64,000 bases of DNA from Chitinophagales bacterium (GTDB lineage: Bacteria > Bacteroidota > Bacteroidia > Chitinophagales > UBA10324): NCBI GenBank assembly GCA_038326325.1, contig JBBQJW010000008.1, positions 13,521 to 77,520 on the forward strand. The letters run 5' to 3'. Shown piece after piece: positions 10,368 through 20,165 of the stretch. Position 1 is the stretch's first letter. The number at the start of each line of letters is the position of its first letter. Below the pieces are notes generated by a model. The model was not told the origin of the DNA, searched no databases, and saw only the letters and a list, made by a program, of their open reading frames with translations. The translations under genes were made by a program, and so were the position numbers.

Positions 10368-10672
10368 TCAGTATTTTATGGAAGAATAAAGTTGCGTGAA
10401 CGCAAAGGAGCGATATTTCATAACAGAATGCCGTTGTGCGAATGCAAAGGGGCGATATTTTAAATAAGAATGCCGTTGTGCGATCACGAAGGGGCGGTAT
10501 TTTATATTATGATGCTGTTGCGCGAACACGAAGGGGCCATATTTTATATTCGAATGATGCTTCGCGAATGCGAAGGGGCGGTATTTTATAGCAGGAGGGT
10601 GTTTTGTGAATGCAAAGGGGCGATATTGTATACAATATCGTCCCTTTGTCAACACATTATCAGTATTTTATG
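10368..10672. repeat. degenerate 42-bp tandem array (6 units plus an inverted partial unit)
   Basis: Units start at 10371, 10413, 10455, 10497, 10539 and 10581, each RTATTT...GYGAAYRCRAAGGGGCG; 36-bp palindrome at 10613-10648. Confidence 0.9.
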
Positions 10673-10742
10673 AATAAATGCTTTGTTTTTTTACTGTAAA
10701 GAGTGATTCGATTTAAAGTGATGGCTGAATGATGAATTAACT

Positions 10743-10800
10743 CCCTCTCTGCTTTCTGCTTCCACGATTCTATTTGTGTCAATGCTGAAAGTAGAGAGGG
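10743..10800. repeat. REP-like inverted repeat
   Basis: CCCTCTCTGCTTTC...GAAAGTAGAGAGGG, a 14-bp stem with one G-T pair. Confidence 0.6.
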
Positions 10801-10933
10801 TGAATTTGCTGTAACACTCAATTACGATTTAATGCGGGTGAGTTATCACGCGATTGCTTCATCACGCAAAAGCAATACTTGTTTTCAGATTTTAAATAAA
10901 TATTCTGTTTACTTTTATCGGAAATAAAATTAC

Positions 10934-13900
10934 TTGAAGAAGTTATTTCTCTTTTCGTTTTTCCTTTTCAGTTTTTCATTTAGCAAAGCGCAATGGGTTA
11001 CTATACCTGATGCGAATTTTGTTGCTTATCTGCAAGCAAATTATCCAACTTGCATGAATGGGAATTTGATGGATACAACTTGTAGTGGGATAGTGAATGC
11101 GACTAGTGTTAATTGTCAGGCTCAGAATATTTCTAACTTTTCAGGAATTCAATATTTTGATAATTTAATTGTTTTCGTTTGTTCAAATAATCCATCTCCT
11201 TACATTCCTTTACTTCCTCAATCTCAAGGAATTTTTGGGGAAATATGGTGTAATGATTGTCAATATACTTCATTACCAAACCTCCCCTATTTGGGCTCCT
11301 GTTATTGTTTTAATAACCTATTAACTTCTTTGCCTGTAATCCCTTTAGGTATTTCGGAGTTATATTGTCAAAATAATAGTATTTCTGGACCGTTGCATTT
11401 TAATCATATTCTGAATTTGGATTGTTCAAATAATCAAATTACAAGTTTATTAATTGACTCTTTTGCTACTGGGTGTTGCATAGCTTTGACAATTAACTGT
11501 AGTCATAATCAAATTGCAAATTTCTCCATTCCTTATTCTGTTCCAGGTGGCGGTAACTCATATTTAAACATTGACTGTAGTTTTAATCCATTGGATTGTC
11601 TTCCCTCATTCAATACATGCCCTACTTTGAATTTTTTAAATACAAATATTAGTTGTCTTCCGTCATATGCGAATGTTACAAATAGTACACCTTTACTCTT
11701 GTCAGTTCCTCTCTGCGATTTGTTTTATAATCCAAATAATTGCCCGGCTCATACAAATATTTTAGGAAAAGTTTTCAATGGTTTCAATAACAATTGTATT
11801 TATGATACAGGCGAGCATTTATTAAACCATCATGGAGTTTCACTTTATCAAAATGGGAATTTCAAAGGAAAGTCATATACTAACTTATTAGGGCAATATG
11901 ATTTCACTATTGATTCAATAGCAACTTATGAGTTGGTGGTTGATACAAATTCAACACTTCATTATTCATGTCCGTCAAGTGGAATCTATACTGTTACAAC
12001 TTCCGGTGTAACACTTACTGTTCCCGGCTTTGAATTAAAATGTGATACAGGATTTGATTTAGGAACAATTGGAATTAATCATGGAGCTTTTGGTCCTCCT
12101 GGTCATCAGATAATGATTCACATGCTTACAGGTGATCAATCAGTAATTTTGAACGGAGTCAACTGCAACACTTATGGTTTAAGTGGAGAAGTGAAAGTAA
12201 TTATTACTGGACCTGTTACATATGCAGGAATGGTAAGCGGTGGCATTACACCAACATCTGTCTATGGTGATACAATCATTTGGAGCATTAATGATTTTTC
12301 AAACCCAAATCTTGATTATCTATTGCGGTTTTATATTATGGTTGATACACTTGCTCAAATTGGAACACCTGTTTGTTTTGATATTGAAGTAACACCAATC
12401 GTCGGAGATTATAACCCAGCAAACAATTCATTTATGGTTTGTGGTCCAATCATAAGTTCAATGGATCCAAATTTTAAAGAGGTGCAACCGAGTGGTTCAA
12501 TTACTGAAGATTTTAATGGTTGGTTGACTTACACAATACATTTTCAAAACACAGGAACTGCTTATGCCGACCATGTTAAAATTTTAGATACGCTTGACAG
12601 CAATCTTGATGCAAGCACTTTTCAATTTTTAGCATCCGACCATAATCCTATTGTGAAAGTGAAAGGAAATATTTCAGTCTTTGATTTTCAGAATATAAAC
12701 TTAGCAGATAGTTCAAGCAATGAACCTGCAAGTCATGGCTGGGTGATGTACAGAATTAAAAAGAAGCAAGGTGTAACAGGTGGAACAACTATCTCCAACA
12801 ATGCCTCTATTTATTTCGATTTCAATACACCTGTTGTCACCAATACTGTGAGCAATCTTATTTGCACACCCGACACCACTTACTTAAACGATAGCGTGTG
12901 CGTTGGGGGCACTTATGTTTTCAATGGAAATAATTTAACTGCATCCGGTGTTTATACTGTTACACTCACCAACATCAGTGGTTGCGATTCTGCTGTTATA
13001 CTTACTCTTAATTCTATAACTCCTATTCCGCCAACTACTATTTTCCAAACCATTTGCGCCGGCGGTTTCTTTGATTTTAATGGAACACTTTATACCACAT
13101 CCGGCATTCACTCTGCACTATTCACTGCAATGAACGGTTGCGATTCAACTGTTACACTCAACCTCACCGTTCTTCCTGCTATAACAACTTCGCAATCCGC
13201 AACTATCTGTCAAGGCGATACATTCAACTTCAACGGAACCACAGTTGACACCGCAGGAATTTATGCTGATACACTTACAACCACCAGTGGCTGCGATTCA
13301 ACTGTTACACTCCAGCTTTCTGTTATTGCAACTGTTACACATTCCATCACCGCCGATATTTGTCAGGGAGAAAATTATAGTTTCAATAATTTAAATCTCA
13401 TTTCAACGGGAACTTACTATGATACTTTATCAGCAGTCAGTGCTTGCGATTCAGTAGTAATTCTTCATTTAGATGCACACGAACTCAACGCAACAATCAC
13501 CCTCAACGGAAACACACTAACAGCAACCGGTAATGGAATCATCCAATGGATAAACTGTGACAGTAGCACTTTCATAGTTGGAGTTGTCGGCAACACATAT
13601 ACGCCAACAATTATCGGTCATTATTCAGCATGGGTATGGGACGGCCTATGCAGCGATACCACTAATTGCATTGAAGTTTTGTTAGATGGGGTTGAGCAGT
13701 TGACAGTTGATAATTGGCAATTGGCAGTTTATCCTAATCCATTTGGAAGTCAGTTGACAGTAAACAGTAAGCAGTTGACATGTGCAACAATTACAATCAC
13801 AGATATTTTAGGTAGAGAATTATTCCGACAAAAATCAAATCTGAAATCTGAAATTATAAATCTCAATTCGCTCACTTCAGGCCTTTATTTTCTTAAAGTA

Positions 13901-13948
13901 ACAGACCAAAACGGAATTACTCAGATTAAAAAAATCGTTAAGGAATAA
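10934..13948 (+). CDS. T9SS-secreted surface protein: LRR-like N-terminus, DUF7619-like domain, GCDS repeats, type A CTD
   Basis: IPDANF and LxCxNN repeats; SMDPNFK...YTIHFQNTG...IYFDFN; four TxxGCDS-type repeats; VYPNPF CTD. Confidence 0.88.
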   Translation: MKKLFLFSFFLFSFSFSKAQWVTIPDANFVAYLQANYPTCMNGNLMDTTCSGIVNATSVNCQAQNISNFSGIQYFDNLIVFVCSNNPSPYIPLLPQSQGIFGEIWCNDCQYTSLPNLPYLGSCYCFNNLLTSLPVIPLGISELYCQNNSISGPLHFNHILNLDCSNNQITSLLIDSFATGCCIALTINCSHNQIANFSIPYSVPGGGNSYLNIDCSFNPLDCLPSFNTCPTLNFLNTNISCLPSYANVTNSTPLLLSVPLCDLFYNPNNCPAHTNILGKVFNGFNNNCIYDTGEHLLNHHGVSLYQNGNFKGKSYTNLLGQYDFTIDSIATYELVVDTNSTLHYSCPSSGIYTVTTSGVTLTVPGFELKCDTGFDLGTIGINHGAFGPPGHQIMIHMLTGDQSVILNGVNCNTYGLSGEVKVIITGPVTYAGMVSGGITPTSVYGDTIIWSINDFSNPNLDYLLRFYIMVDTLAQIGTPVCFDIEVTPIVGDYNPANNSFMVCGPIISSMDPNFKEVQPSGSITEDFNGWLTYTIHFQNTGTAYADHVKILDTLDSNLDASTFQFLASDHNPIVKVKGNISVFDFQNINLADSSSNEPASHGWVMYRIKKKQGVTGGTTISNNASIYFDFNTPVVTNTVSNLICTPDTTYLNDSVCVGGTYVFNGNNLTASGVYTVTLTNISGCDSAVILTLNSITPIPPTTIFQTICAGGFFDFNGTLYTTSGIHSALFTAMNGCDSTVTLNLTVLPAITTSQSATICQGDTFNFNGTTVDTAGIYADTLTTTSGCDSTVTLQLSVIATVTHSITADICQGENYSFNNLNLISTGTYYDTLSAVSACDSVVILHLDAHELNATITLNGNTLTATGNGIIQWINCDSSTFIVGVVGNTYTPTIIGHYSAWVWDGLCSDTTNCIEVLLDGVEQLTVDNWQLAVYPNPFGSQLTVNSKQLTCATITITDILGRELFRQKSNLKSEIINLNSLTSGLYFLKVTDQNGITQIKKIVKE

Positions 13949-14100
13949 ATCAAGCATTCAATTAGAAATTCACTTGTTCTAAATGCTTGAAATCCAACCA
14001 TATTTTGACATTCAGTAATCTCAAAACTTGTATATACTTGAGTCTTATATTCACTCAAAATGGTATTTAAACATTCACTTGTTAATATGAATTAACTTTT

Positions 14101-14108
14101 TACTTTTG
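14101..14108 (+). promoter_or_regulatory. -7 element upstream of infA
   Basis: TACTTTTG, with CTTG about 20 nt upstream. Confidence 0.7.
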
Positions 14109-14152
14109 CGTCCCCTCTTTTTAAAGGGAGGCCTCATTTTTACCGCAACCGG

Positions 14153-14371
14153 ATGGCAAAACAAGACCTGATTAAACAGGATGGAACAATAACAGAAGCG
14201 TTATCAAACGCAATGTTCAGGGTCAGACTGGAAAACGGGCACGAGATACTCGCCACCATTTCAGGCAAAATGCGAATGCACTACATCCGTATTCTTCCTG
14301 GTGATAAAGTAACAGTTGAAATGAGTCCTTACGATTTAACACGAGGCAGAATTACTTACCGTTTCAAATAA
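14153..14371 (+). CDS. infA: translation initiation factor IF-1
   Basis: [17 protein letters not shown]...[10 protein letters not shown]. Confidence 0.98.
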   Translation: MAKQDLIKQDGTITEALSNAMFRVRLENGHEILATISGKMRMHYIRILPGDKVTVEMSPYDLTRGRITYRFK

Positions 14372-14377
14372 ACCGAC

Positions 14378-14494
14378 ATGAGAGTAAGAGCAGCAATTAA
14401 AAAACGCAGTGTCGATTGCAAAATAGTTCGTCGCAAAGGCAAGCTTTATGTAATCAACAAAAAGAATCCACGCTTTAAACAAAGACAAGGCTAA
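14378..14494 (+). CDS. rpmJ: 50S ribosomal protein L36 (zinc-ribbon-lacking type); not in the ORF track
   Basis: Manual translation: [38 protein letters not shown]. Confidence 0.97.
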   Translation: MRVRAAIKKRSVDCKIVRRKGKLYVINKKNPRFKQRQG

Positions 14495-14509
14495 ACCCAT
14501 AAACTATCA

Positions 14510-14893
14510 ATGGCAAGAATTTCAGGTGTTGATTTACCAAAAAACAGGAGAGGCGATATAGGTCTCTCTTACCTATTTGGCATCGGTCGTTCAGCAGGAA
14601 AAAAAATCCTTCTGAAAGCAGGTGTTGATCCGGAAAAGAAAGTGAAAGACTGGGACGATAATGACCTTAATGGCATTCGTACCACAATCAACGAAGAATA
14701 TAAAGTTGAAGGTGCGTTGCGTTCAGAAATTCAATTGAACATAAAACGATTGATGGACATCGGTTCTTACCGTGGCATTCGTCATCGTAAAGGTTTACCC
14801 GTTCGCGGACAAAGAACCCGTACTAACTCACGCACTCGTAAGGGTAAGCGCAAGACAGTAGCAGGAAAGAAAAAAGTAGCAGCTAAGAAATAA
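14510..14893 (+). CDS. rpsM: 30S ribosomal protein S13
   Basis: [10 protein letters not shown]...[16 protein letters not shown]. Confidence 0.98.
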   Translation: MARISGVDLPKNRRGDIGLSYLFGIGRSAGKKILLKAGVDPEKKVKDWDDNDLNGIRTTINEEYKVEGALRSEIQLNIKRLMDIGSYRGIRHRKGLPVRGQRTRTNSRTRKGKRKTVAGKKKVAAKK

Positions 14894-14947
14894 AATCAGT
14901 TAGTCGAAAACTAACAACGACAAACTAACAACGAATAACAATCATCA

Positions 14948-15340
14948 ATGGCAGACGCAAAAAAAGGAAGCGCAAAAAAAAGAACGATCAAAGCTGATCC
15001 GGAAGGAGTTGCGCACATACAGGCAAGTTTCAATAATATCATTATCTCATTGACCAACAAAAACGGGAGCGTTATTTCTTGGAGTTCAGCAGGTAAAGTT
15101 GGATTCAAAGGGTCAAAGAAAAACACACCTTATGCTGCACAAATGGCTGCCTCAGAAGCTTCGAAAGTTGCTCATGATGCGGGTTTGCGCAAAGTAGAAG
15201 TGTTTGTGAAAGGACCCGGTTCAGGTCGCGAAGCTGCGATTCGTGCAATCGGCACTTCAGGTATTGATGTAACAGTCATTCGCGATATTACACCTATGCC
15301 GCACAACGGTTGCCGTCCACCGAAAAAGAGAAGAGTATAA
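14948..15340 (+). CDS. rpsK: 30S ribosomal protein S11
   Basis: ASFNN...KGPGSGRE...PHNGCRPPK. Confidence 0.98.
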   Translation: MADAKKGSAKKRTIKADPEGVAHIQASFNNIIISLTNKNGSVISWSSAGKVGFKGSKKNTPYAAQMAASEASKVAHDAGLRKVEVFVKGPGSGREAAIRAIGTSGIDVTVIRDITPMPHNGCRPPKKRRV

Positions 15341-15372
15341 TTCATTCAATACAATAACTGTAACAGTCACTC

Positions 15373-15981
15373 ATGGCAAGATACCTCGGTCCTAAATCAA
15401 AAGTTGCAAGAAAGTTTGGCGAACCTATTATGGGTTTCAGCAAAGCGCTTGAAAAAAAACCTCACGCTCCCGGAATGCACGGCACTTCTAAAAGAAGAAA
15501 GCAGCAATCGGAGTATGGCACTCAACTGAAAGAAAAACAAAAGGCGAAATTGACCTACGGATTACTCGAAAGACAATTTGCTAAAACATACGGAACTGCT
15601 GTTCGCCGTAAAGGTGTTACAGGTGAAAACTTATTGAAATTATTGGAAAGTCGCTTGGACAACACAGTTTATCGTTTAGGCATTGCGCCTACTCGTCGCG
15701 GTGCGCGCCAGTTGGTTTCTCACCGTCACATTTCTGTGAACGGAAGAGGAGTGGATGTTCCATCTTATTGTTTGAAAGCAGGTGATGTAATTGCTGTTCG
15801 CGATAAATCAAAAACACATCCTGCAATTCTTGAATCATTGAATGTAAAAAACACAAGTAATTTCCAGTGGTTAGAGTGGAATGGTGAAGCTATGAAAGGA
15901 ACTTTCCTTACTCCACCGGAGCGCGATCAGATTCCTGAGAACATCAGAGAACAACTGATTGTCGAATTGTACTCTAAGTAA
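15373..15981 (+). CDS. rpsD: 30S ribosomal protein S4
   Basis: MARYLGP...LESRLDN...IVELYSK. Confidence 0.98.
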   Translation: MARYLGPKSKVARKFGEPIMGFSKALEKKPHAPGMHGTSKRRKQQSEYGTQLKEKQKAKLTYGLLERQFAKTYGTAVRRKGVTGENLLKLLESRLDNTVYRLGIAPTRRGARQLVSHRHISVNGRGVDVPSYCLKAGDVIAVRDKSKTHPAILESLNVKNTSNFQWLEWNGEAMKGTFLTPPERDQIPENIREQLIVELYSK

Positions 15982-16011
15982 TTCTTAATTGAACAAATAC
16001 AAAAAAGCATA

Positions 16012-17004
16012 ATGAGCATACTCACTTTCCAGAAACCTGATAAAATCGTTCTTCAGAAAGCAACTGACTTCGAAGGATTTTTTGAATTCCGTCCGTTGGA
16101 GCCGGGATTCGGTGTAACAATCGGAAACGCGCTTCGCCGTGTGCTTCTTTCTTCATTGGAAGGATACGCCATCAACGCGGTTCGCATCAGCGGAGTAGAA
16201 CATGAATTCAGCACTATCAAAGGTGTAACAGAAGATGTAACAGAAATTATTCTGAACCTCAAGCAGGTTCGTTTCAAGAAAGTTTCTGACGAAGAAATTT
16301 CATCAGAAAAAATTCTTGTTTCTGTAAAAGGAAAAGATGAATTCACTGCAGGAGATATTGAAAAGGCAACTGCCGGTTTCAAAATCATGAATCCTGATTT
16401 AGTGATTTGTCACTTGGAGAAAAATGTAAAGTTTGATATTGAATTAAATGTTTCTAAAGGTCGCGGATATCTTCCTGCTGAAGATCAGAAACTAAAAGAA
16501 TCACCACTTGGTACTATTGCTACTGATGCTATTTACACTCCGATTAAGAATGTAAAATATGCAGTGGAAAATACTCGTGTTGAACAAAAGACCGACTACG
16601 AAAAACTCATTATTGAAATTACTACCGACGGAACTATTCACCCTGAAGAATCAATTAAGGAAGCTGCAAAAATTTTGATTCAGCACCTCATGTTGATTTC
16701 TGACGAGAATATTTCTTTTGATAACAAGGAGAAGAAAGAAGAAGATGTAGTTGACGAACATGTATTACACATGCGCAAACTATTGAAAACTCCATTGGAA
16801 GATTTGGATTTGAGTGTTCGTGCCTACAACTGTTTGAAAGCAGCGAAAATTGGTAGCTTGGCTGAAATGGTGAAATACGATACTAACGAGTTGTTGAAAT
16901 TCCGCAACTTCGGTCGTAAGAGTTTAATGGAAATTGAAGCGTTGATTAACGAGAAAGGATTGCACTTCGGAATGGATCTTTCTAAATTTAAAATTGAAGA
17001 CTAA
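16012..17004 (+). CDS. rpoA: RNA polymerase alpha subunit
   Basis: [21 protein letters not shown]...[10 protein letters not shown]. Confidence 0.98.
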   Translation: MSILTFQKPDKIVLQKATDFEGFFEFRPLEPGFGVTIGNALRRVLLSSLEGYAINAVRISGVEHEFSTIKGVTEDVTEIILNLKQVRFKKVSDEEISSEKILVSVKGKDEFTAGDIEKATAGFKIMNPDLVICHLEKNVKFDIELNVSKGRGYLPAEDQKLKESPLGTIATDAIYTPIKNVKYAVENTRVEQKTDYEKLIIEITTDGTIHPEESIKEAAKILIQHLMLISDENISFDNKEKKEEDVVDEHVLHMRKLLKTPLEDLDLSVRAYNCLKAAKIGSLAEMVKYDTNELLKFRNFGRKSLMEIEALINEKGLHFGMDLSKFKIED

Positions 17005-17059
17005 TTAATAATTTGGATTTCAACTCGAAACCCGAAACAAGAAAACTCGAAACTGAACA

Positions 17060-17545
17060 ATGAGACACGGACATAAAGTTAATCACCTCGGCAGAACTTC
17101 ATCGCACCGTAAAGCGCTGATGAAGAATATGGCGAATGCCTTAATACTCAACAAAGAAATTTTTACCACACAGGCAAAAGCAAGATCACTGCGCACTTAC
17201 ATCGAGCCGTTGATTACTCGTTGTAAAGAAAATACTACTCACAATCGTCGTATGTGTTTCGCTTACTTACAAGATAAGGAAAGCATTAAAACATTGTTCG
17301 GTGATATTGCTGAGAAAGTAGGAACCCGCCCGGGTGGATATACCAGAATTATTAAAATTGCTCCCCGTCGTGGTGATGCTGCTGATATGGCTTTGATACA
17401 GTTAGTTGATTTCAGTTTAACTCCAGGCAAAACTGCTAAAGTTGGAACTGCTTCAATTGCTGAACCGAAGAAGCGTACGCGTCGTGCTGGTGGTGCCGCT
17501 AAAAAGGATGCTCCTAAAAAAGGCGAAGAGAAAACAGAAGAATAA
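17060..17545 (+). CDS. rplQ: 50S ribosomal protein L17
   Basis: MRHG...GGYTRIIK. Confidence 0.98.
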   Translation: MRHGHKVNHLGRTSSHRKALMKNMANALILNKEIFTTQAKARSLRTYIEPLITRCKENTTHNRRMCFAYLQDKESIKTLFGDIAEKVGTRPGGYTRIIKIAPRRGDAADMALIQLVDFSLTPGKTAKVGTASIAEPKKRTRRAGGAAKKDAPKKGEEKTEE

Positions 17546-17571
17546 TCAGTTAAAAGTTAAATAAATTTTGA

Positions 17572-17606
17572 AAGGGCTGCCTCGAAAGAGGTGGCCCTTG
17601 TTTTTT
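17572..17606 (+). terminator. alpha operon terminator
   Basis: AAGGGCTGCCTC-GAAA-GAGGTGGCCCTT followed by a T-tract. Confidence 0.85.
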
Positions 17607-17757
17607 GTGTAAAACTCAAATAGTAATTGTAAATTGTAAATTATGTATTCTATGATGATTTAGGTTGATTCAGTTATTTATTTAAAGGTGAAATTTTCAA
17701 TTACTTAGAAACAAATAAAATAGAGTACGACATTTCAAAATATGGTCTTTAATATTT

Positions 17758-17988
17758 AATCCCCACGGGATGATTTTTATTGAATGCTGGTTTTTTCTAC
17801 CAATATTTTGTTCCGATGGAACAAGTGTAACAGGTTTATTTTAAGGTTGTCATCCTATGTTCGCTGAATAGACAAAGCGAAATGTAATCATGAAGCAATC
17901 TGTTACAGTTGTGGATTTCAGATTTCTGATTGGTCGCGAATCGGTTTACAAATTGCTTCGAAAACTGATTATAGTTTTTTGCAATGAC
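17758..17988. repeat. decayed REP-like/palindromic intergenic repeats
   Basis: ATCCCCACGGGAT and TTCTACCAATATTTTGTTCCGATGGAACAA hairpins; GAAGCAATC...ATTGCTTCG...GCAATGAC arms. Confidence 0.45.
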
Positions 17989-17999
17989 AGCCTGAGATT

Positions 18000-18743
18000 C
18001 TACAGGTTCAATAACCCTGCAAGTGGTTTAAAATCTTTTGAAACTTCTATAGCTTCCTGAATCGCTTTCCCTTTCTGCTTAAAAACTTTAAATGCCTCAG
18101 CACTTTTCTTGCTCGTCAATATTTTATATGAATCGTTATTGCGGATTTCAATTGCTGAGCAATCATCACAAGCAATTCCAACTCCACCCGTTTTCGAAAT
18201 CATTTTTCTGAAATGTGCATCGCGTTTTTCTTTCAGATAATGCGGACAAAAAGTTGTATTAACAATTCCCAATCCCTTCACCCGAATGTGTTTCCATTTT
18301 TCAGGATGATAATAAAACAGCGAATCGCTGTGCCCGAACTGAAACCAGCAAATTGCTCCCGCGCTTGTTCCCGCCATTATGGTTCCGCTGTTCCAAGCTT
18401 TCTTTAGCAAAATATCAACCCCAAGTAATCGCCAGCGGCGCATCATCTTCAAAGTATTTCCACCTCCAACATAAATAATGTCGGCTCTTTCAATTTTATC
18501 GAGAATTTCCTTTTTCAAAATTTTTCTTTTCAGCAGAAATAAAACTTCAGGCCGGCAACCCAATTTATCTCCATAAGTTTTCTGAAAATTTTCCCAATAC
18601 AAAGGATCGTCGCTCGATGCGGTTGGAATAAATAATGCGCGCGGATTTTTCTTTCCTGTGAGGTGAACTATATGTTCGTCAATTGACCGTGTGGCGCCTT
18701 CAATCATGCTGCCACCGCCAATCGCAACTATGGTGCGTGTCAA
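18000..18743 (-). CDS. pepE: peptidase E (S51 family)
   Basis: FIPTAS, IYVGGGNT, GTSAGA and CPHY motifs. Confidence 0.88.
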   Translation of the reverse strand: MTRTIVAIGGGSMIEGATRSIDEHIVHLTGKKNPRALFIPTASSDDPLYWENFQKTYGDKLGCRPEVLFLLKRKILKKEILDKIERADIIYVGGGNTLKMMRRWRLLGVDILLKKAWNSGTIMAGTSAGAICWFQFGHSDSLFYYHPEKWKHIRVKGLGIVNTTFCPHYLKEKRDAHFRKMISKTGGVGIACDDCSAIEIRNNDSYKILTSKKSAEAFKVFKQKGKAIQEAIEVSKDFKPLAGLLNL

Positions 18744-19017
18744 ATCTTTCAGTGAAATAGTTTAGAGAAAAGACTAACTGTTATTGTAGTCTAACTGTTG
18801 AAAAGTGATAGTTATTATTATCAGAAAGAAAACAATAGCTGCAATAATCCAAAGTGCTTTTTTCATTTGTTGAAATTTCTTTTCGCGACAAAAATAACAA
18901 TCCAACTTTCATGAGAAAGAAGTGTTTAAATAATATTTCATTCAACTTTCAACAAGCATTTTTGATAAATATAATTCTCATTTTGGTCGGAGCTATTGCA
19001 TGATGAAATTGTGTTTA

Positions 19018-19025
19018 TACATTTG
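19018..19025 (+). promoter_or_regulatory. -7 element of tRNA-Gln
   Basis: TACATTTG about 10 nt before the tRNA. Confidence 0.7.
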
Positions 19026-19034
19026 CACCCTTCT

Positions 19035-19107
19035 TGACCGATGGTGTAACTGGCAACACGTCTGATTTTGGTTCAGAAGAGTCTAGGTTCGAAACCTAGT
19101 CGGTCAA
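19035..19107 (+). tRNA. tRNA-Gln(TTG), CCA not encoded
   Basis: TGACCGA/TCGGTCA acceptor stem, TCTGA-TTTTGGT-TCAGA anticodon arm, GGTTCGAAACC T-arm. Confidence 0.96.
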
Positions 19108-19114
19108 CTTTCAG

Positions 19115-19145
19115 AAGCCTTGCTCGAGCAGGGCTTTATTTTTTT
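19115..19145 (+). terminator. tRNA terminator
   Basis: AAGCCTTGCT-CG-AGCAGGGCTT followed by a T-tract. Confidence 0.7.
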
Positions 19146-19201
19146 ATCGCAGTTGCTAAAGCACGAGTTTCTTATATATTTGCGACCCCAATTTTTGGCT
19201 A

Positions 19202-20149
19202 ATGTCATTATCAGAAATCGAAACAAAAGTTAAAATTTTCGCAGGCACAGCTTCTGAATACCTCGCAAAGGAAATTGCTGAGGAATACGGTACTGAGTTA
19301 GGGGACGCAAAACTTTATCGTTTCAATGATGGCGAAATGCAACCAGTGATTAACGAGAGTATTCGTGGCGATTATGTATTTATTGTTCAAAGCACTTTCG
19401 CCCCTGCTGATAATCTGATGGAATTGTTGCTAATGATGGATTCTGCGAGAAGAGCTTCAGCCGAATATATTACTGCTGTTATTCCTTATTTCGGTTATGC
19501 GCGCCAGGATAGAAAAGATAAACCGCGAGTTTCAATTGCAAGTAAAATGGTTGCAAATCTTTTGACAGCTGCAGGAGCGGATAGAGTAATGACTATGGAT
19601 TTACACGCTCCGCAAATTCAAGGATTCTTTGATATTCCCGTTGATCATTTAGAGAGCAATACGATTTTTATTCCATACTTACATGAATTGAATTTGCCGA
19701 ATATGACTTTTGCGTCACCTGATGTTGGAAGTACAAATCGTGCACGAATTCTTGCTCAGCATTTCGAGAAGGAAATGGTAATCGTTGACAAGCATCGCAA
19801 GCGTCCGGGGGAAATTGCAGGTATGACTTTGATTGGAGATGTGAAAGGACGAAATGTGATTCTGGTTGATGATATTATTGACACAGCAACCACTCTTTGT
19901 AATGCTGCTGCGTTGTTAATTGATAAGGGAGCAAGCAGTGTTCGCGCTATGTGCACTCATCCTGTTCTTTCAGGAAGTGCAATTGATAAAGTTGAAAATT
20001 CTAAATTGACGGAACTTGTGGTGTGTAACACTATTCCACTTGCCCGTGAATCGTCAAAAATAAAAGTGCTTTCGGTTGCGCCGTTGTTTGCTTCGGCCAT
20101 CCGCAACATGCACGAACACAAATCAATCAGTTCATTATTCATCAATTAA
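19202..20149 (+). CDS. prs: ribose-phosphate pyrophosphokinase
   Basis: PYFGYARQDRK and DDIIDTA motifs; TATATTTG promoter at 19175. Confidence 0.97.
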   Translation: MSLSEIETKVKIFAGTASEYLAKEIAEEYGTELGDAKLYRFNDGEMQPVINESIRGDYVFIVQSTFAPADNLMELLLMMDSARRASAEYITAVIPYFGYARQDRKDKPRVSIASKMVANLLTAAGADRVMTMDLHAPQIQGFFDIPVDHLESNTIFIPYLHELNLPNMTFASPDVGSTNRARILAQHFEKEMVIVDKHRKRPGEIAGMTLIGDVKGRNVILVDDIIDTATTLCNAAALLIDKGASSVRAMCTHPVLSGSAIDKVENSKLTELVVCNTIPLARESSKIKVLSVAPLFASAIRNMHEHKSISSLFIN

Positions 20150-20165
20150 GTAAATTCAATTAAAA

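Noticed and set aside
10371-10622. 42-bp array as a CRISPR array
   Set aside because: Repeats are degenerate, the variable parts are short and related to each other, and no cas genes are in the window.
12880-13470. GCDS repeats in the T9SS protein as DGR template/variable repeats
   Set aside because: They are in-frame domain repeats with no adenine-specific pattern, and no reverse transcriptase is present.
14378-14494. Zinc-free L36 as a zinc-starvation paralog
   Set aside because: It sits at the canonical locus, and this type is usual in Bacteroidota.
19035-19107. tRNA-Gln as an integration site
   Set aside because: No integrase and no duplicated tRNA 3' end seen; prs follows directly.
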